Shown here: one piece after another, positions 5,105 to 5,345 of the stretch
How the letters are laid out: every line of letters starts with the position of its first letter
Position numbering within the stretch: the stretch's first letter is position 1
Virus record (IMG/VR): IMGVR_UViG_2639762987_000006
Source of the DNA: a virus
Lineage: Duplodnaviria; Heunggongvirae; Uroviricota; Caudoviricetes
Strand: one strand, 5' to 3'
DNA: 5,345 nucleotides
Notes under the pieces: model-generated
The model's input: the letters and a program-made list of their open reading frames with translations, nothing else
What the model was told of the DNA's origin: nothing
Databases searched by the model: none
Program-made: the position numbers and the translations under genes

Positions 5105-5134
5105 ATTATATATACCGTTGTTTTGGACGCTCAA
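5105..5134 (-). promoter_or_regulatory. Candidate sigma70 promoter for the TolA-like lipoprotein genes (minus strand): -35 TTGAGC (5129..5134), 18-nt spacer, -10 TATAAT (5105..5110)
   Basis: Read from the minus strand: a perfect -10 hexamer about 30 nt upstream of the ATG at 5075, with a 4/6 match at -35. Confidence 0.3.
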
Positions 5135-5345
5135 ACAGCGAATCAGATCAAATAAAACGCACATTTGTTAACATTTACACAAAGTCTGCGTGGGATATTC
5201 TGAAAGAATATCCATAATGTGGAGAGAATCTATTGAAGTGCATGGTGCCGGGTGCCTCCCGGTGAATTCAGTACCAGCACCTGAATCCGCGATTATCCCA
5301 TATACCTACTCGCTGATTGCCCCTCCGCACAGGGGGATTCACCAT

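Noticed and set aside
3850-5134. Shiga toxin (stxAB) or cold-shock (csp) cargo in the slot upstream of the holin
   Set aside because: Neither ORF in this slot resembles StxA/StxB or the ~70-aa Csp fold; both are lipoproteins with TolA-III-like C-termini.
5014-5217. Tracked ORF 5014..5217 (+), 67 aa
   Set aside because: Antisense to the start and promoter region of the lipoprotein gene 4647..5075, AT-rich, with no ribosome-binding site.
5268-5345. Possible 3' end of a minus-strand gene entering from the right edge (…MVNPPVRRGNQRVGIWDNRGFRCWY, stop at 5268..5270), perhaps the late antiterminator Q by synteny
   Set aside because: Only about 25 codons are visible and nothing is recognisable; the frame and identity cannot be supported from this window.
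1-5345. CRISPR array, tRNA or rRNA genes, integrase or transposase
   Set aside because: No regularly spaced direct repeats, no cloverleaf-like or rRNA-like sequence, and no ORF of suitable size or motif for a recombinase were seen in this window.

Overview
This window reads as a fragment of a lambdoid (phage 21 / Qin-like) prophage late region, with protein identities assigned by eye from the supplied translations and from memory of the families, not by any search. The minus strand carries a mosaic lysis cassette: an S21-type pinholin (3634..3849), a DUF1327/YdfR-like gene (3315..3629), a T4-lysozyme-type endolysin with an N-terminal SAR or signal segment (2726..3259), then a roughly 300-bp spacer containing a terminator-like hairpin and an untracked 32-codon membrane-peptide ORF (2429..2527), then lambda-type Rz (1963..2427) with Rz1 embedded in the +1 frame (2025..2207). 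Upstream of the holin, where lambdoid phages usually carry cargo between Q and S, sit two tandem lipoprotein genes (4647..5075 and 4101..4496) whose C-terminal halves resemble TolA domain III. This is the most interesting part of the window: I propose a prophage-encoded TolA-III decoy module for superinfection exclusion or colicin tolerance. On the plus strand an AT-rich DUF1398 (YdfO/YbcV-like) gene (1233..1643) with a near-consensus promoter converges on Rz. The left end holds a 61-nt N run (230..290), an unidentified partial minus-strand ORF (1..229) and a 68-aa hypothetical ORF (739..945). No rRNA, tRNA, CRISPR array, integrase or transposase was seen.
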